The notes below the pieces were generated by a model. The model ran no database searches. It worked only from the letters and a program-made list of their open reading frames with translations, and was not told the DNA's origin. The position numbers and the translations under genes are program-made. This document shows positions 1-8,873 of a stretch of 54,805 nt of DNA, one piece after another; the stretch's first letter is position 1; the number at the start of each line of letters is the position of its first letter. This DNA is from a virus (taxonomy: Duplodnaviria; Caudoviricetes), in IMG/VR virus record IMGVR_UViG_3300029826_000003, positions 1 through 54,805 of that record; one strand, written 5' to 3'.

Positions 1-67
1 ATACCCGGCCGCGGAGGCGTGGCCGCGATTCCCGGCGGCGGAGGCGTGGCCGCCATCCCCGGCCGCG
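1..67 (-). repeat. 27-bp coding tandem repeat (GHASAAGxx), left end
   Basis: gcggaggcgtggccgc recurs with 27-bp period; the same unit occurs at 54731-54805. Confidence 0.9.
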
Positions 68-465
68 TACTGACCATTCCCTTGCTGCTTCGCCATATCG
101 GCTACCCACTGGACAGCGCGCCGCGTCAGATCGCCGATCGAAATCTCGAACTTGACCGTCAGAACGCTTGATGCGCCCTTGCTGTCACCGGCCGGATCAC
201 GGGCGATGTCTCCAGATGCCTCGACTAGCGTGTAGCGGCTCGTGGCCGGACCGTAATAGGTGAACGCGTCCTGGGGCATTTCGACCCAATGGAATCCGCC
301 GTCGCCACAGCGAACAACCTTCTGGCCGCCGTTGTCGTAGGTTTTGCCGATCTCGTACTGGAATTGCCTCCCGCCGGGAGAGCAGCACAGGTTCTTGTCG
401 TATCCCTTGATGGCGGTGACGAGATCCTGCTTTGGTTCGACCTTCCTCTTCACGGTCTTAGCCAT
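1..465 (-). CDS. 5' part of a phage protein with GHASAAGxx nonapeptide repeats (DUF7666-like N-terminus); runs off the left end
   Basis: Manual translation from ATG at 465: MAKTVKRKVEPKQDLVTAIKGYDKNLCCSPGGRQFQYEIGKTY...GFHWVEMPQDAFTYY...AAGDGGHASAAGNRGHASAAGY. No stop before base 1, so it is absent from the ORF track. Confidence 0.8.
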   Translation of the reverse strand, partial: MAKTVKRKVEPKQDLVTAIKGYDKNLCCSPGGRQFQYEIGKTYDNGGQKVVRCGDGGFHWVEMPQDAFTYYGPATSRYTLVEASGDIARDPAGDSKGASSVLTVKFEISIGDLTRRAVQWVADMAKQQGNGQYAAGDGGHASAAGNRGHASAAGY

Positions 466-468
466 CGA

Positions 469-780
469 TCAGATCCTCCCCGCCATATCGGCGTAGTACT
501 CGCGCCGGACCGCACTTTCGCTCGGTGCGTCGTCCTCGGCATCGCGGCGGTCGCCAAAGGCATGCCAGATGCCGTCGATCACCGCGTCCTCCTGGTCGAG
601 GTAATCGCTGTCCGCTTCGAGGTTTCCGAGCAGTTCGCGCATCGCGCCGAACCACTGGCGGGCGAATGCGCTCACGGCTTTTTCGTCGAGCCGGCAATCC
701 TTGCCGTTGGAGTGAAGCATGGTCTCGAGTGCGTCTGCCGCAGCCCGGAATTCTTCGCATCGCTTGCTGATCTTGGTCAT
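469..780 (-). CDS. hypothetical protein
   Basis: ORF with GGAG RBS before ATG 780, tightly packed in the leftward operon. Confidence 0.7.
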   Translation of the reverse strand: MTKISKRCEEFRAAADALETMLHSNGKDCRLDEKAVSAFARQWFGAMRELLGNLEADSDYLDQEDAVIDGIWHAFGDRRDAEDDAPSESAVRREYYADMAGRI

Positions 781-817
781 CGTGCTCTCCATTGCACCGG
801 CTTTGAGCGGTGGGGGA

Positions 818-1024
818 TTAGCTTTCGGAGAACGTGATCACGTCAGCCGCGACTGGCCGCTTGGCCTGATGCGCGACGCGAAGCTGCGTGTTCGTCGTCC
901 GAAGGATTTCGCGGGCCTGAGAGGCGACGGAGTCAGCGTGTCCCGGCTCCATCTTGCCGTCCTTGACCAAGTTCAAGGTTTCCCAGAGGGCCGATTTCAG
1001 GTTCTTTGCGGTCAAGTCGCGCAT
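818..1024 (-). CDS. hypothetical phage protein
   Basis: 68-aa ORF with AAGGA RBS, overlapping the upstream gene. Confidence 0.65.
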   Translation of the reverse strand: MRDLTAKNLKSALWETLNLVKDGKMEPGHADSVASQAREILRTTNTQLRVAHQAKRPVAADVITFSES

Positions 1025-1520
1025 AGTCTCGTTTCCTTCTTTGAGCTTTTGCTACGCCGTCTTTTGACAGGCGGATTTCGTAATCGGACATCTGGCTCAA
1101 GCACTCGTCCCTGATGTCCATGACCAGCAGGAAGCACTCGGCCAGATCGCCGTACTCCTTCTCGGCGCGATAACGCCGGTCATACTGTTTCTTCCACTCG
1201 CGATACTCTGGACGCCTGCAATACTCGACGTGGTAAGGCATGCGCTTCTTGCGATGGACAGCCGCAGACAGCGGGTCGTATGTCCGCTTGTGGTAGGCTG
1301 CCTTCTTTGCCTTCAGGAGCGCCCTGTTCTTGCGGCGGTAATCGATATCGTAGAGCCGCTTCTCGGCCTTCTTCTCAGTCGTCGTCTCCTCGCTCCTGCG
1401 CCCAACGAACGAGCATTCCTTGCTGCAATAGACATTCAATCCGAGACGACGCGCACGGTTGACGTGACCAGCCGGCCTGTCCGCCAGTGTTCCGCAATGT
1501 GCGCATCGAAACTCCATCAT
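933..1520 (-). CDS. Zn-binding (CxxC...YCSxxC) basic phage protein
   Basis: CAHCG...VYCSKEC motif; GGAG RBS before ATG 1520. Confidence 0.7.
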   Translation of the reverse strand: MMEFRCAHCGTLADRPAGHVNRARRLGLNVYCSKECSFVGRRSEETTTEKKAEKRLYDIDYRRKNRALLKAKKAAYHKRTYDPLSAAVHRKKRMPYHVEYCRRPEYREWKKQYDRRYRAEKEYGDLAECFLLVMDIRDECLSQMSDYEIRLSKDGVAKAQRRKRDYARLDRKEPEIGPLGNLELGQGRQDGAGTR

Positions 1521-1576
1521 CTTCTCCATCGCTTGGCTGTCGGCGAGAGGCGTTTGCTTCTCCGCCTTGAATTGGG

Positions 1577-1825
1577 TTAGGCGACCATCTTGCGGAGCTT
1601 CTCGACGTGACGCTCGCATTCATCACGATCGAGCATGCCCATGATGGACACGTGATCGGTGTTCACGAGCTTCGGGTTGTTGTTGAGGAGGCCGGCTTCG
1701 CGGATCAGATCCTCACGGGAGGGGGCGTTAGCGAGCGCATCGGCTGCGATTGCGGCCATGCTAACGTTGCCTTCCGCCGCGTAGTGTTCCAGGGCCTTGG
1801 CTGCGAAGTTGGTGTTGTAGGCCAT
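1577..1825 (-). CDS. hypothetical protein, first gene of the leftward early operon
   Basis: GGAGAGG RBS, downstream of the PL-like promoter. Confidence 0.7.
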   Translation of the reverse strand: MAYNTNFAAKALEHYAAEGNVSMAAIAADALANAPSREDLIREAGLLNNNPKLVNTDHVSIMGMLDRDECERHVEKLRKMVA

Positions 1826-1889
1826 CTGTCCTCTCCGTGTGGTCAGGCGAGATCGGCCCTGCGGCTTCTTCGTCGCCTTTGATGGATTG

Positions 1890-1917
1890 ATTATAGCACC
1901 ACTACAGTTTAGCGCAA
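1890..1917 (-). promoter_or_regulatory. leftward sigma70 promoter (PL-like)
   Basis: Reverse strand TTGCGC-N16-TATAAT with extended -10 TG. Confidence 0.7.
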
Positions 1918-1937
1918 CTATTTTTTTAGTGACACTA
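1894..1937. promoter_or_regulatory. three operator-like palindromes TAGY-N3-RCTA
   Basis: tagcaccacta 1894-1904, tagcgcaacta 1910-1920, tagtgacacta 1927-1937; the same motif occurs twice at PR. Confidence 0.7.
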
Positions 1938-1964
1938 CGGGCGCACGGATGCTAGAACCAACGC

Positions 1965-2276
1965 ATGCTCAAGCGCAACGACAATGGTGAGGCCGCTGCT
2001 GAATTTTACGACAGGCGAAGACGGTGGGCTTCGTACGTCTGCGTACACCCGGACGTGAGCGACAGGGGGTTCCGTGTCGGCTTCTGGCTGTCGCAGCGAA
2101 TGAACGGAGACGATCAATGCTGCTGGTATTCCAAGGCCAGAATCGCCAAGGAAATGGATCGCAGCATTCGCTATGTGCAATATGCAATTGCCGAATTAAG
2201 AGACGCTGGCGTGCTGTCGGTGATTGAGGAAAAAGGGAAGCCGAGTACCTACAAAATCAAGGCTCCTTTTTTTTGA
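1965..2276 (+). CDS. HTH protein resembling the N-terminal DNA-binding domain of phage replication initiators
   Basis: CWYSKARIAKEMDRSIRYVQYAIAELRDAGVL winged-HTH signature; immediately followed by iterons. Confidence 0.75.
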   Translation: MLKRNDNGEAAAEFYDRRRRWASYVCVHPDVSDRGFRVGFWLSQRMNGDDQCCWYSKARIAKEMDRSIRYVQYAIAELRDAGVLSVIEEKGKPSTYKIKAPFF

Positions 2277-2395
2277 CCCTAGCACGATCTTGCTGGGGTA
2301 CCCTAGCACGATCTTGCTCCCGAATATATAAAGGCTAATTCCTAAATAGGTTATTCTCTATAGATATAAGGCTCTGAGGGGGAGTATTATAACTC
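2276..2395. repeat. probable replication origin: two 19-bp direct repeats plus AT-rich tract
   Basis: accctagcacgatcttgct at 2276-2294 and 2300-2318; AT-rich 2322-2395. Confidence 0.65.
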
Positions 2396-2520
2396 TCGTC
2401 GATAGTGCCGATTTTGCGGATGGTTCGGCAACCTTCTCTATCCACTCTCGCTACGCAGTCCCAAGCGCAAGGAGCACGTCAGTTTGAGGTTTGGCGCATT
2501 AACCGTTTCGATCGCCAAGA

Positions 2521-2570
2521 TAGTGATGCTAAAAAACCTCTTGACCTGTGAACCGTAGTGAAGCTAAATT
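2521..2570 (+). promoter_or_regulatory. rightward promoter (PR-like) with two operators
   Basis: CTTGAC 2540-2545 and CTAAAT 2564-2569; operators tagtgatgcta 2521-2531 and tagtgaagcta 2556-2566. Confidence 0.7.
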
Positions 2571-2576
2571 CATCAC

Positions 2577-2777
2577 ATGAAAACTCTCATGTCATGGATC
2601 AAGGCCGAACGCGGAAGGCTTTCAAGCCTGGCAAAGGCACTGGAAATCACCCCAGCGGCGATCACGCAGTGGCATGTCGTCCCCGCCGAGCGCATGCGGA
2701 AGATTTCGGACTTCACCGGAATTCCGATGATGGAGCTTCGCCCCGACATATTCGATGATATGGATGGTGCGGCATGA
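2577..2777 (+). CDS. Cro/YdaS-like HTH regulator
   Basis: LSSLAKALEITPAAITQW..VP.ER...I...TGIP..ELRPDIF signature; first gene after PR. Confidence 0.85.
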   Translation: MKTLMSWIKAERGRLSSLAKALEITPAAITQWHVVPAERMRKISDFTGIPMMELRPDIFDDMDGAA

Positions 2778-3022
2778 AGGCTCCGCACCCAAAGGGACCG
2801 TTCCACGTCGGCAAGATCGGCGAAGTGACGCGAGTTCTCGACGAGAAGGGACGCGACGTGATGACCCTTCCGGGCGGACCCGAACGTCTTGCGGCGTGTG
2901 CCAACTCAATCAGAAACGATGTCTGGTTTCCTGAAAATCACGTTTCTGCTCTAGAGCGCGACGTAAAGCGGCTTGAGGAACTTCGGAAGAGCGCTTGGGC
3001 CACGCATCAAGGTGCGGCATGA
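2774..3022 (+). CDS. hypothetical protein
   Basis: ATGA-coupled to cro. Confidence 0.7.
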   Translation: MKAPHPKGPFHVGKIGEVTRVLDEKGRDVMTLPGGPERLAACANSIRNDVWFPENHVSALERDVKRLEELRKSAWATHQGAA

Positions 3023-3486
3023 GCATTTATTCATTCCCACGATGCGCTGGCTATCTCAAGGCAATGCGCGTCCGGCTCGATGATCCAGACATGACGGATT
3101 ATTGGTTCGCCGCGATCCTATCGGAAGGGTTCACGGACGAGGAATTGACCAAGGCTGGAACAATCGATTTTTCGCGAATGACGGGTGACGAATTGTTATC
3201 GGCTTTCGAGCAGATGCTGGTCGACAAGAGATCTGCGCATCCGAAACTTCCGAAGCACGATATGGAAAGCCTCAAGGCATTCTTCGGATCGCGCGGAGTC
3301 AAGGCGTCTCGCCTTCAAAGCGATGATGATTTTTGGATATGCGCCGGACTTATGTGGGGAGGAGTGGTCAAACGCTCAGATGGTGCTCCTCTTTCCGAAC
3401 TTCTTTTCCAGCTTCGCCATATGTCCAAGTCTCAGCGCCGTCGTGCCGATATTCGCCGCGTTCCGGCGAAATGGAGGTCACAATGA
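3019..3486 (+). CDS. hypothetical protein
   Basis: ATGA-coupled ORF. Confidence 0.65.
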   Translation: MSIYSFPRCAGYLKAMRVRLDDPDMTDYWFAAILSEGFTDEELTKAGTIDFSRMTGDELLSAFEQMLVDKRSAHPKLPKHDMESLKAFFGSRGVKASRLQSDDDFWICAGLMWGGVVKRSDGAPLSELLFQLRHMSKSQRRRADIRRVPAKWRSQ

Positions 3487-3628
3487 CCGCTTCGGTCCAA
3501 TCCCGTCATGCACTCCGCACAATCGACGATTTCCGCTATGATCTTCCGCGGGCTGTTGATCGCGATGCGGTTAGCGGATCCGTCCAGAATTCCCAACGCT
3601 GCGTATCATCCTCCCGCGCGGCGCAACT

Positions 3629-3675
3629 AGCGCCGGAGACTGCAGAACGATGTGTCTCCGGCGCTTTTTATTTTT
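3629..3675 (+). terminator. intrinsic terminator (tR-like)
   Basis: 12-bp stem agcgccggagac/gtctccggcgct followed by a T-tract. Confidence 0.75.
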
Positions 3676-3685
3676 CGGTGGCACC

Positions 3686-3910
3686 ATGAAGCACGAGGAC
3701 AGATGGTATGCCGTCTGTCTCGACGGCGACGGATGCCCTGGGCTTGAGACGGGGACGGTCTATCGCGTGATTGGATTCGGCATCATGCCTGGCGGCTTCG
3801 AGGTCGCAATCCTGGAAGGCCATCGGTGCCCATATCTCGCCAAACGATTCAAGCTTCTTAGCAAGCAACGGATTGCGTCACTTCGCAGGTTTCTGGAGTC
3901 GGCGGAATAG
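3686..3910 (+). CDS. hypothetical protein
   Basis: ORF MKHEDRWYAVC... in the operon. Confidence 0.55.
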   Translation: MKHEDRWYAVCLDGDGCPGLETGTVYRVIGFGIMPGGFEVAILEGHRCPYLAKRFKLLSKQRIASLRRFLESAE

Positions 3911-3953
3911 AAATGTTCAGAGGAATTCAGCCCATGCAAAATGGATATCTGCA

Positions 3954-4529
3954 ATGACGGTCGTGGCGTCGAATTTCGAGCGCAAGACAAACGATCTTTA
4001 TGAGACCGAAGCATGGGCGACGGAGGCGCTTCTGCGCCACTTCCCGGTAAAGGATCTTTTCGTCTGGGAACCAGCAGCGGGAAATCATAAAATCTCGGAT
4101 ATCCTGCACCTACACGGTGCCGATGATGTAGCGACGACGGATATTATGACCTACGACCGCGAGCATAGCAGAATGGTTGATTTTCTTGATTCGTCTGCAT
4201 GGCCTTATTTTTGTGACGCGATCATCACCAATCCTCCCTACGGCAAAGGAAATCGGCAGGCGGTTCGATTTGCCGAGCTGGCGCTCGAGCGCTGTGACGG
4301 ACTTGTCGCGCTTCTGCTGACGGCGAAATTCGATTTCGGAAAGACGCGCACACATCTGTTTCGTGACAATCCACGGTTTGCGGCCAAGATCGCGCTGGTA
4401 GATCGAATTCAATGGTTTCCGGGAGATAATTCTGGAACAGAGGATCATGCCTGGTACGTATGGGATAATGGAAATGAATGCGGACGCGCCAAGCTTTTTT
4501 ACGAGGGTCGCGACGCGTCATTTTCCTAG
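3954..4529 (+). CDS. DNA amino-methyltransferase (m6A/m4C), small phage type
   Basis: DLYET, SAM motif VWEPAAG, catalytic IITNPPY. Confidence 0.85.
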   Translation: MTVVASNFERKTNDLYETEAWATEALLRHFPVKDLFVWEPAAGNHKISDILHLHGADDVATTDIMTYDREHSRMVDFLDSSAWPYFCDAIITNPPYGKGNRQAVRFAELALERCDGLVALLLTAKFDFGKTRTHLFRDNPRFAAKIALVDRIQWFPGDNSGTEDHAWYVWDNGNECGRAKLFYEGRDASFS

Positions 4530-4573
4530 GATTGGGTGCTTACACGGATATCAACTCACACTGGAGAAATTGC

Positions 4574-4975
4574 ATGAGTATTCTTGCTGCGTATTCAGCA
4601 ACCGAGCGGGGAATTCTCGCCATAAAGAGAGCTAGAGCCATTGAGGAAGATCGCATTCGTCAAGAGGCCGAAGAGACGCCTTCGCCGAAATGGGTCTCGG
4701 TAAATTTTTCGTCACAGCCTGTTCGCAGGATAGAGACGATCGCATGCCGTGTCTTTGGCGTCTCGCGTGCGGAAGTCAGGTCCAGGTCTCGCAAGAAGGA
4801 CCTCGTATTCGCCCGGCAGTTCATAGCGTATTGGGCCTGCCGCCGCACGAATCATTCCCTGCCGACTCTTGGCAGGCTCATGGGTAATTTTGACCATACG
4901 ACGGTGCTCCACAATCACAAGAAATACGTCGAGAAGCGAGCGGCCATGGGACGCATGTTGAGGCCGGCGAGGTAA
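4574..4975 (+). CDS. DnaA C-terminal-like HTH protein
   Basis: SRSRKKDLVFARQFIAYWACRRTNHSLPTLGRLMGNFDHTTVLH resembles DnaA domain IV. Confidence 0.8.
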   Translation: MSILAAYSATERGILAIKRARAIEEDRIRQEAEETPSPKWVSVNFSSQPVRRIETIACRVFGVSRAEVRSRSRKKDLVFARQFIAYWACRRTNHSLPTLGRLMGNFDHTTVLHNHKKYVEKRAAMGRMLRPAR

Positions 4976-4979
4976 AGAA

Positions 4980-5303
4980 TTGACCGAGGCACAAATCACT
5001 GATGCTGTCATTTCGCATTGGCGTCAATGCGGTCTCAAGGGAACGCTGGTTGCGTCAATTCCGAACATGGGAGCTCGGGGCCAGCATGGTCTCACCAAGG
5101 GGCTTCCTGATCTGATCGTTCTGAGCCCGGAGCTTCCAGTTGGATTTATCGAACTGAAGACTGACAAGGGGCGTATTCGTCCGGAGCAGGAAGCCTTTGC
5201 AGCGTTATGCGATTCGCTCGAGATACATCACGCAATTACGCGAGGCCGGGATGAGCCAATCAGAATCCTTGAGCAATGGGGCGTTATGAGGAGGACTTCA
5301 TGA
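4980..5303 (+). CDS. VRR-NUC nuclease / Holliday-junction resolvase-like
   Basis: GLPDL...FIELKTDKGRIRPEQ PD-(D/E)xK motif. Confidence 0.85.
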   Translation: MTEAQITDAVISHWRQCGLKGTLVASIPNMGARGQHGLTKGLPDLIVLSPELPVGFIELKTDKGRIRPEQEAFAALCDSLEIHHAITRGRDEPIRILEQWGVMRRTS

Positions 5304-5710
5304 GCCGAGCCGTTATTGACGCATTGATGACATGCCTCGACGAGGATCATGCCATAGCGATAGAGGAGCACAGGCGCAAGACGGTTAAGAAGCCTCTCAC
5401 GGCCTATGCAGCCAAGCTTCTCGCCAAGCGCTTTTCTGAGTGGCGAGATCCGAATGAGGCGGCCGACATCATGATCGAACGATGCTGGCAAGGATTCAAG
5501 GCCGAATGGGTGAGGGACAGGACGCCTAATTCCGGCAGGCGAAATTTCGCAGACGTGGCATTCGACAGGATTAATCAGCATGGATCAGAAAGCGTATTTG
5601 TCGATCGCGACATTGATGAACGCTTTTCCGCAGGGAACGCAGAACGTCGATTTGACCATGAAGACCTTCGAGACGATTTGCGCGGACTTCCCGTCCCAAG
5701 TCGTCATTGA
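5300..5710 (+). CDS. protein resembling the C-terminal domain of phage replisome organisers
   Basis: HRRKTVKKPLTAYAAKLLAKRF...PNEAADIMIERCWQGFKAEW; precedes a loader-like gene. Confidence 0.6.
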   Translation: MSRAVIDALMTCLDEDHAIAIEEHRRKTVKKPLTAYAAKLLAKRFSEWRDPNEAADIMIERCWQGFKAEWVRDRTPNSGRRNFADVAFDRINQHGSESVFVDRDIDERFSAGNAERRFDHEDLRDDLRGLPVPSRH

Positions 5711-6059
5711 CGTTGCGCAGCGGTTCTCTGCTGGAATGGTCGAGGGACAATCGAAGCGTTTTGCGCCATCGGTTGCGGAGTTTGTCAGCGAGGTAAGACG
5801 CGTCAACGATATGCGGATAGCGATAAGCAAGAAGAAGTCGCTTTCCGCGCCGGGCCAGAGATTCGGTCCATGCCCATGGGAAATCAATGTGGGGAAGGCA
5901 AGGACCAGGTTTGCAGGATGGACGTGTCTCGCAACCGGTCTTTCGCACCTGGAATGGCTTGGAAATCGGAGAGAATTTCCAGTCGGCTCTGAGTACATCG
6001 CCACGCTCAACGCCGTGATGATGCCGCCAGAGGACGAAAGAATTGGGGACGCTCAATGA
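5580..6059 (+). CDS. putative helicase loader/inhibitor (lambda P position)
   Basis: RFAPSVAEF motif and gene position. Confidence 0.5.
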   Translation: MDQKAYLSIATLMNAFPQGTQNVDLTMKTFETICADFPSQVVIDVAQRFSAGMVEGQSKRFAPSVAEFVSEVRRVNDMRIAISKKKSLSAPGQRFGPCPWEINVGKARTRFAGWTCLATGLSHLEWLGNRREFPVGSEYIATLNAVMMPPEDERIGDAQ

Positions 6060-6385
6060 GGTGTCCATGTTGCGGAGCGGAGTGGGATATAATCCCGGTC
6101 GATCGGCTTCCGAAGTTCATGAGCCGAGGCACCGTTGTCGAACGTGTTGTCGTAATCCTTGCTGAGATTTATCCCGGATCGATTACGCGTACGGAGATCG
6201 CAGCACGGATCTATGGATCGAATTTCCCGAAGAGCGAGTTCGCGACGGTGTCCAAGATGGTGGGCGATGCGAGAAAGATGCTGGAGAGACTGGGCTGGAC
6301 GATTCCGAGACAGACAAGCAGCGGGCCAGTTCCAGGGCATTATCGCCTCGTCCGTCTCGATGAGGTGAAGGAGGCAGCGGAATGA
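6056..6385 (+). CDS. winged-HTH protein with N-terminal CPCC
   Basis: ITRTEIAARIYG...RKMLERLGWTI...GHYRL. Confidence 0.65.
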   Translation: MRCPCCGAEWDIIPVDRLPKFMSRGTVVERVVVILAEIYPGSITRTEIAARIYGSNFPKSEFATVSKMVGDARKMLERLGWTIPRQTSSGPVPGHYRLVRLDEVKEAAE

Positions 6386-7734
6386 ATGTTCTTGCGCGTC
6401 AAAGCACTGTTTCCGATCTTATCGAAGAGTATGACCAGAAGGTGTCTGCTATTGCCGAGGAGGTCGCCACGTTCGAATCCGCATATCTGCGCTTGGAAAT
6501 GGCCGCATGCATTCAGGGAAAATTCGTCGCTCCCGTTTCTAGGAATAGGCCCTATGTCAATGTCGAGGAGCTGAAACGGAACCTGTGCAAATCCGGCTGG
6601 AAAGCGGTCTACGACAGATTGCAAATCGACCGCATCGCTAGTGCCAATGACAGACGCAAATTTGATCGGGCGATCGAAGACCCTCCGGATCTGACGTTTG
6701 ACAATGCCAAGGCAACGTTCGGTGATTACCTGGAACGGCCGCGCTATCATATCCTGCGCGGGCTTGCAGAAGTGTTTGCTGATCTTGACCCGGCATACCG
6801 GTCCCACTCAAAGGTGAGGATTGGAGTCAAGGGATTGCCCAAGCGCGTGATCATTTCGAGCTTTGGCAGCTTCTATGGCACATATGGGCGTGACAAGCTC
6901 CGTGACATTGTGAACGCGCTGGCTTCCTACCGTGGCCAGCCGCTCATGGAACATCACGAATACAGGTTGATTGATGATGCCCACAAGCGTGGCAACGATG
7001 CGGTTCTTGATGGCAGCCCAGCGCCGGTGCAACGCGGCGACCGTGATGAGCCAGCGCAGCTTCCTGACCGGGGCATCTGGATTCGCAAATTCGGCAACGG
7101 AAATGCGCATATCTTTTTTGCGCCTGATACGCTAAAGGATATCAACCGCGCATTGGCAGAATTCTACGGCGAAGTACTCCCTGATGTCGAAGACGAAGAA
7201 GCGAGGCCACGGTCTGGAACGTCGGTTTCGAATGATCTGCAATTTTACTGGTCTCCAAAGCCAGTTATCGACCGTCTTGTCGAGTTCTCAGGCCTATACA
7301 ACCTCAAGGAATGGCGTCACAATCCGCCGGATCCATCGCACGTTCTAGAGCCGTCGTGCGGAGATGGTCGCATAATGGATGTGATCCGCGATCTTGGACA
7401 CCGTGTCTTCGGCATTGAGTACCATGCCGGACGAGCAGCCGACGCGCGAGCGAAGGGCCATAATATTCTGACCGCCAATTTCCTCGAACAGCCGCCGCAG
7501 CCGATCTATGACAGGATTATCATGAACCCACCATTTTACGGCAGGCATTACGTCAAACACGTTCGCCATGCCGTGCGCTTCTTGAAGCCGGGAGGCTCGC
7601 TGGTTTCGGTCCTACCTGCGACCGCCCATTATGATCACAAGGAACTTGATGGCGAATGGCGCGACCTGCCAGTCGGAAGCTTTTCGGAAGCAGGGACGAA
7701 TGTTCCTACAGGAATGCTGAAAATATGTAGGTAA
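6382..7734 (+). CDS. DUF4942-like domain fused to DNA adenine methyltransferase
   Basis: RKFGNGNAHIFF; VLEPSCGDG; IIMNPPF. Confidence 0.85.
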   Translation: MNVLARQSTVSDLIEEYDQKVSAIAEEVATFESAYLRLEMAACIQGKFVAPVSRNRPYVNVEELKRNLCKSGWKAVYDRLQIDRIASANDRRKFDRAIEDPPDLTFDNAKATFGDYLERPRYHILRGLAEVFADLDPAYRSHSKVRIGVKGLPKRVIISSFGSFYGTYGRDKLRDIVNALASYRGQPLMEHHEYRLIDDAHKRGNDAVLDGSPAPVQRGDRDEPAQLPDRGIWIRKFGNGNAHIFFAPDTLKDINRALAEFYGEVLPDVEDEEARPRSGTSVSNDLQFYWSPKPVIDRLVEFSGLYNLKEWRHNPPDPSHVLEPSCGDGRIMDVIRDLGHRVFGIEYHAGRAADARAKGHNILTANFLEQPPQPIYDRIIMNPPFYGRHYVKHVRHAVRFLKPGGSLVSVLPATAHYDHKELDGEWRDLPVGSFSEAGTNVPTGMLKICR

Positions 7735-7780
7735 GCTGAATGAACTGCTTCTTACATCGTATCAGAACGGACACAATTTA

Positions 7781-8404
7781 ATGGCATCGAAAGCCGAAAA
7801 GCTCAGAGCAAAAAGACAGAGATCCGCCCAACGAGGCCGTCCTGAACTATACGCTTCTTCTGACGACAGGGAGCATAACGGCCGTCAAAGCCGCCGCAAG
7901 ATGGCCGTACAATCACGCAGGATGGAAAACGAACGCCAAGTGAAGGACACGGTTATATCGGCTCGCCAACGCGTTCACGGGATCGATGAGACGGTTTGCG
8001 ATGGACAGGATGCCGGGTCGGTTCTAGGACGTCTGTATCTCGCCGGCATGATCAAGCTGCACCACAAACGCGCTGGACTACGATTCGAAGAGGACGCGAT
8101 CCGGTATTGCGCGCTGACAGGTATTCCATTCCCGAATCCGAGGGCTATTGACCTGGGAAAGGTCAGGGGCCTTGGCCATGATGCAAATCCATCCGATGCA
8201 AGGGCTGCGAAGGACAAATTCATGAGGCTGGAAAGATGCCTCAGTGACGTTGATGTTTCTGGACGTCCCGTCACGACAATTGTCAAGCGTGTCTGCCTCA
8301 GTGACAATGACGACGGGATTTATGCGACGCATATGATTCAGCATCTTTGGCGCGGTCTGGATGCATTGGTGGACTACTACGAGATTTCGCGATCCGATGA
8401 TTGA
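7781..8404 (+). CDS. putative late-gene regulator (Q-like position)
   Basis: Last early gene before the late promoter and non-coding region; LGRLYLAGMI...LWRGLDALVDYY. Confidence 0.55.
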   Translation: MASKAEKLRAKRQRSAQRGRPELYASSDDREHNGRQSRRKMAVQSRRMENERQVKDTVISARQRVHGIDETVCDGQDAGSVLGRLYLAGMIKLHHKRAGLRFEEDAIRYCALTGIPFPNPRAIDLGKVRGLGHDANPSDARAAKDKFMRLERCLSDVDVSGRPVTTIVKRVCLSDNDDGIYATHMIQHLWRGLDALVDYYEISRSDD

Positions 8405-8430
8405 CTGACGTGGCAAATCACTTTAATTGT
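8401..8430 (+). promoter_or_regulatory. candidate late promoter
   Basis: TTGACT at 8401 with an AT-rich -10 (tttaatt) 15-17 nt downstream. Confidence 0.4.
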
Positions 8431-8600
8431 CAACGCCAACAGGATGGCGCTTTGCGCCAGATGAATTAGCGCCAAATGGCGCGACGAGTTGCGCATAGGG
8501 CTACGTCCTGCGAGACCTGAGCCTGAACTGGATGTCGCAGCATCCATCCCCACCATACCTAGGGGCGCGCATTCATTCCCCAGCCAGTAGCTGGGAACAG

Positions 8601-8727
8601 ATCTGGACGGCGGCGTGGAAAGCGGACACGCATAGACCGCGAGAGGCTGTGGGTCTCGCACCGCAAGGCAACCAGTGCCTGACTGGCAAAGACAGCTGAG
8701 CAGGGATAGCGTCCTGCCCGTCCAGAT
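8601..8727 (+). ncRNA. tRNA-shaped structured RNA, module 1
   Basis: 10-bp closing stem 8601-8610/8718-8727; GCGTG/CACGC arm; GCAGG/CCTGC arm adjacent to the 3' strand. Confidence 0.5.
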
Positions 8728-8777
8728 ACGAAATATGTTTTCGTGGGTGCCGACTTTCAGGGAGAGGCTCACGGAAA

Positions 8778-8873
8778 TCGGGACGGTTGGAACGGCAGCC
8801 ACTCTCTAGTCGCCATAGGATCATGCCAGCGAGGAGAAAGTACCGGTTCGACTCCGGCCCGTCCCGACACCCA
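8778..8873 (+). ncRNA. tRNA-like RNA with expanded anticodon arm, module 2
   Basis: Acceptor-like stem 8778-8786/8859-8867; D-like TGG-AACGGCAG-CCA; T-arm CCGG-TTCGACT-CCGG. Confidence 0.55.

Noticed and set aside
1-67. Terminal direct repeat or att site matching the right end
   Set aside because: The similarity comes from a coding tandem repeat, not an exact terminal duplication.
2262-2345. Programmed frameshift at the T8 run extending the HTH protein
   Set aside because: Both alternative frames stop within about 25 codons.
3483-3689. ORF MTASVQSRH...
   Set aside because: It runs through the intrinsic terminator and has no recognisable features; it may be real but is too weak to call.
8778-8873. 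Canonical tRNA gene
   Set aside because: No 7-nt anticodon loop, and CCA is not directly after the discriminator; reported as tRNA-like instead.
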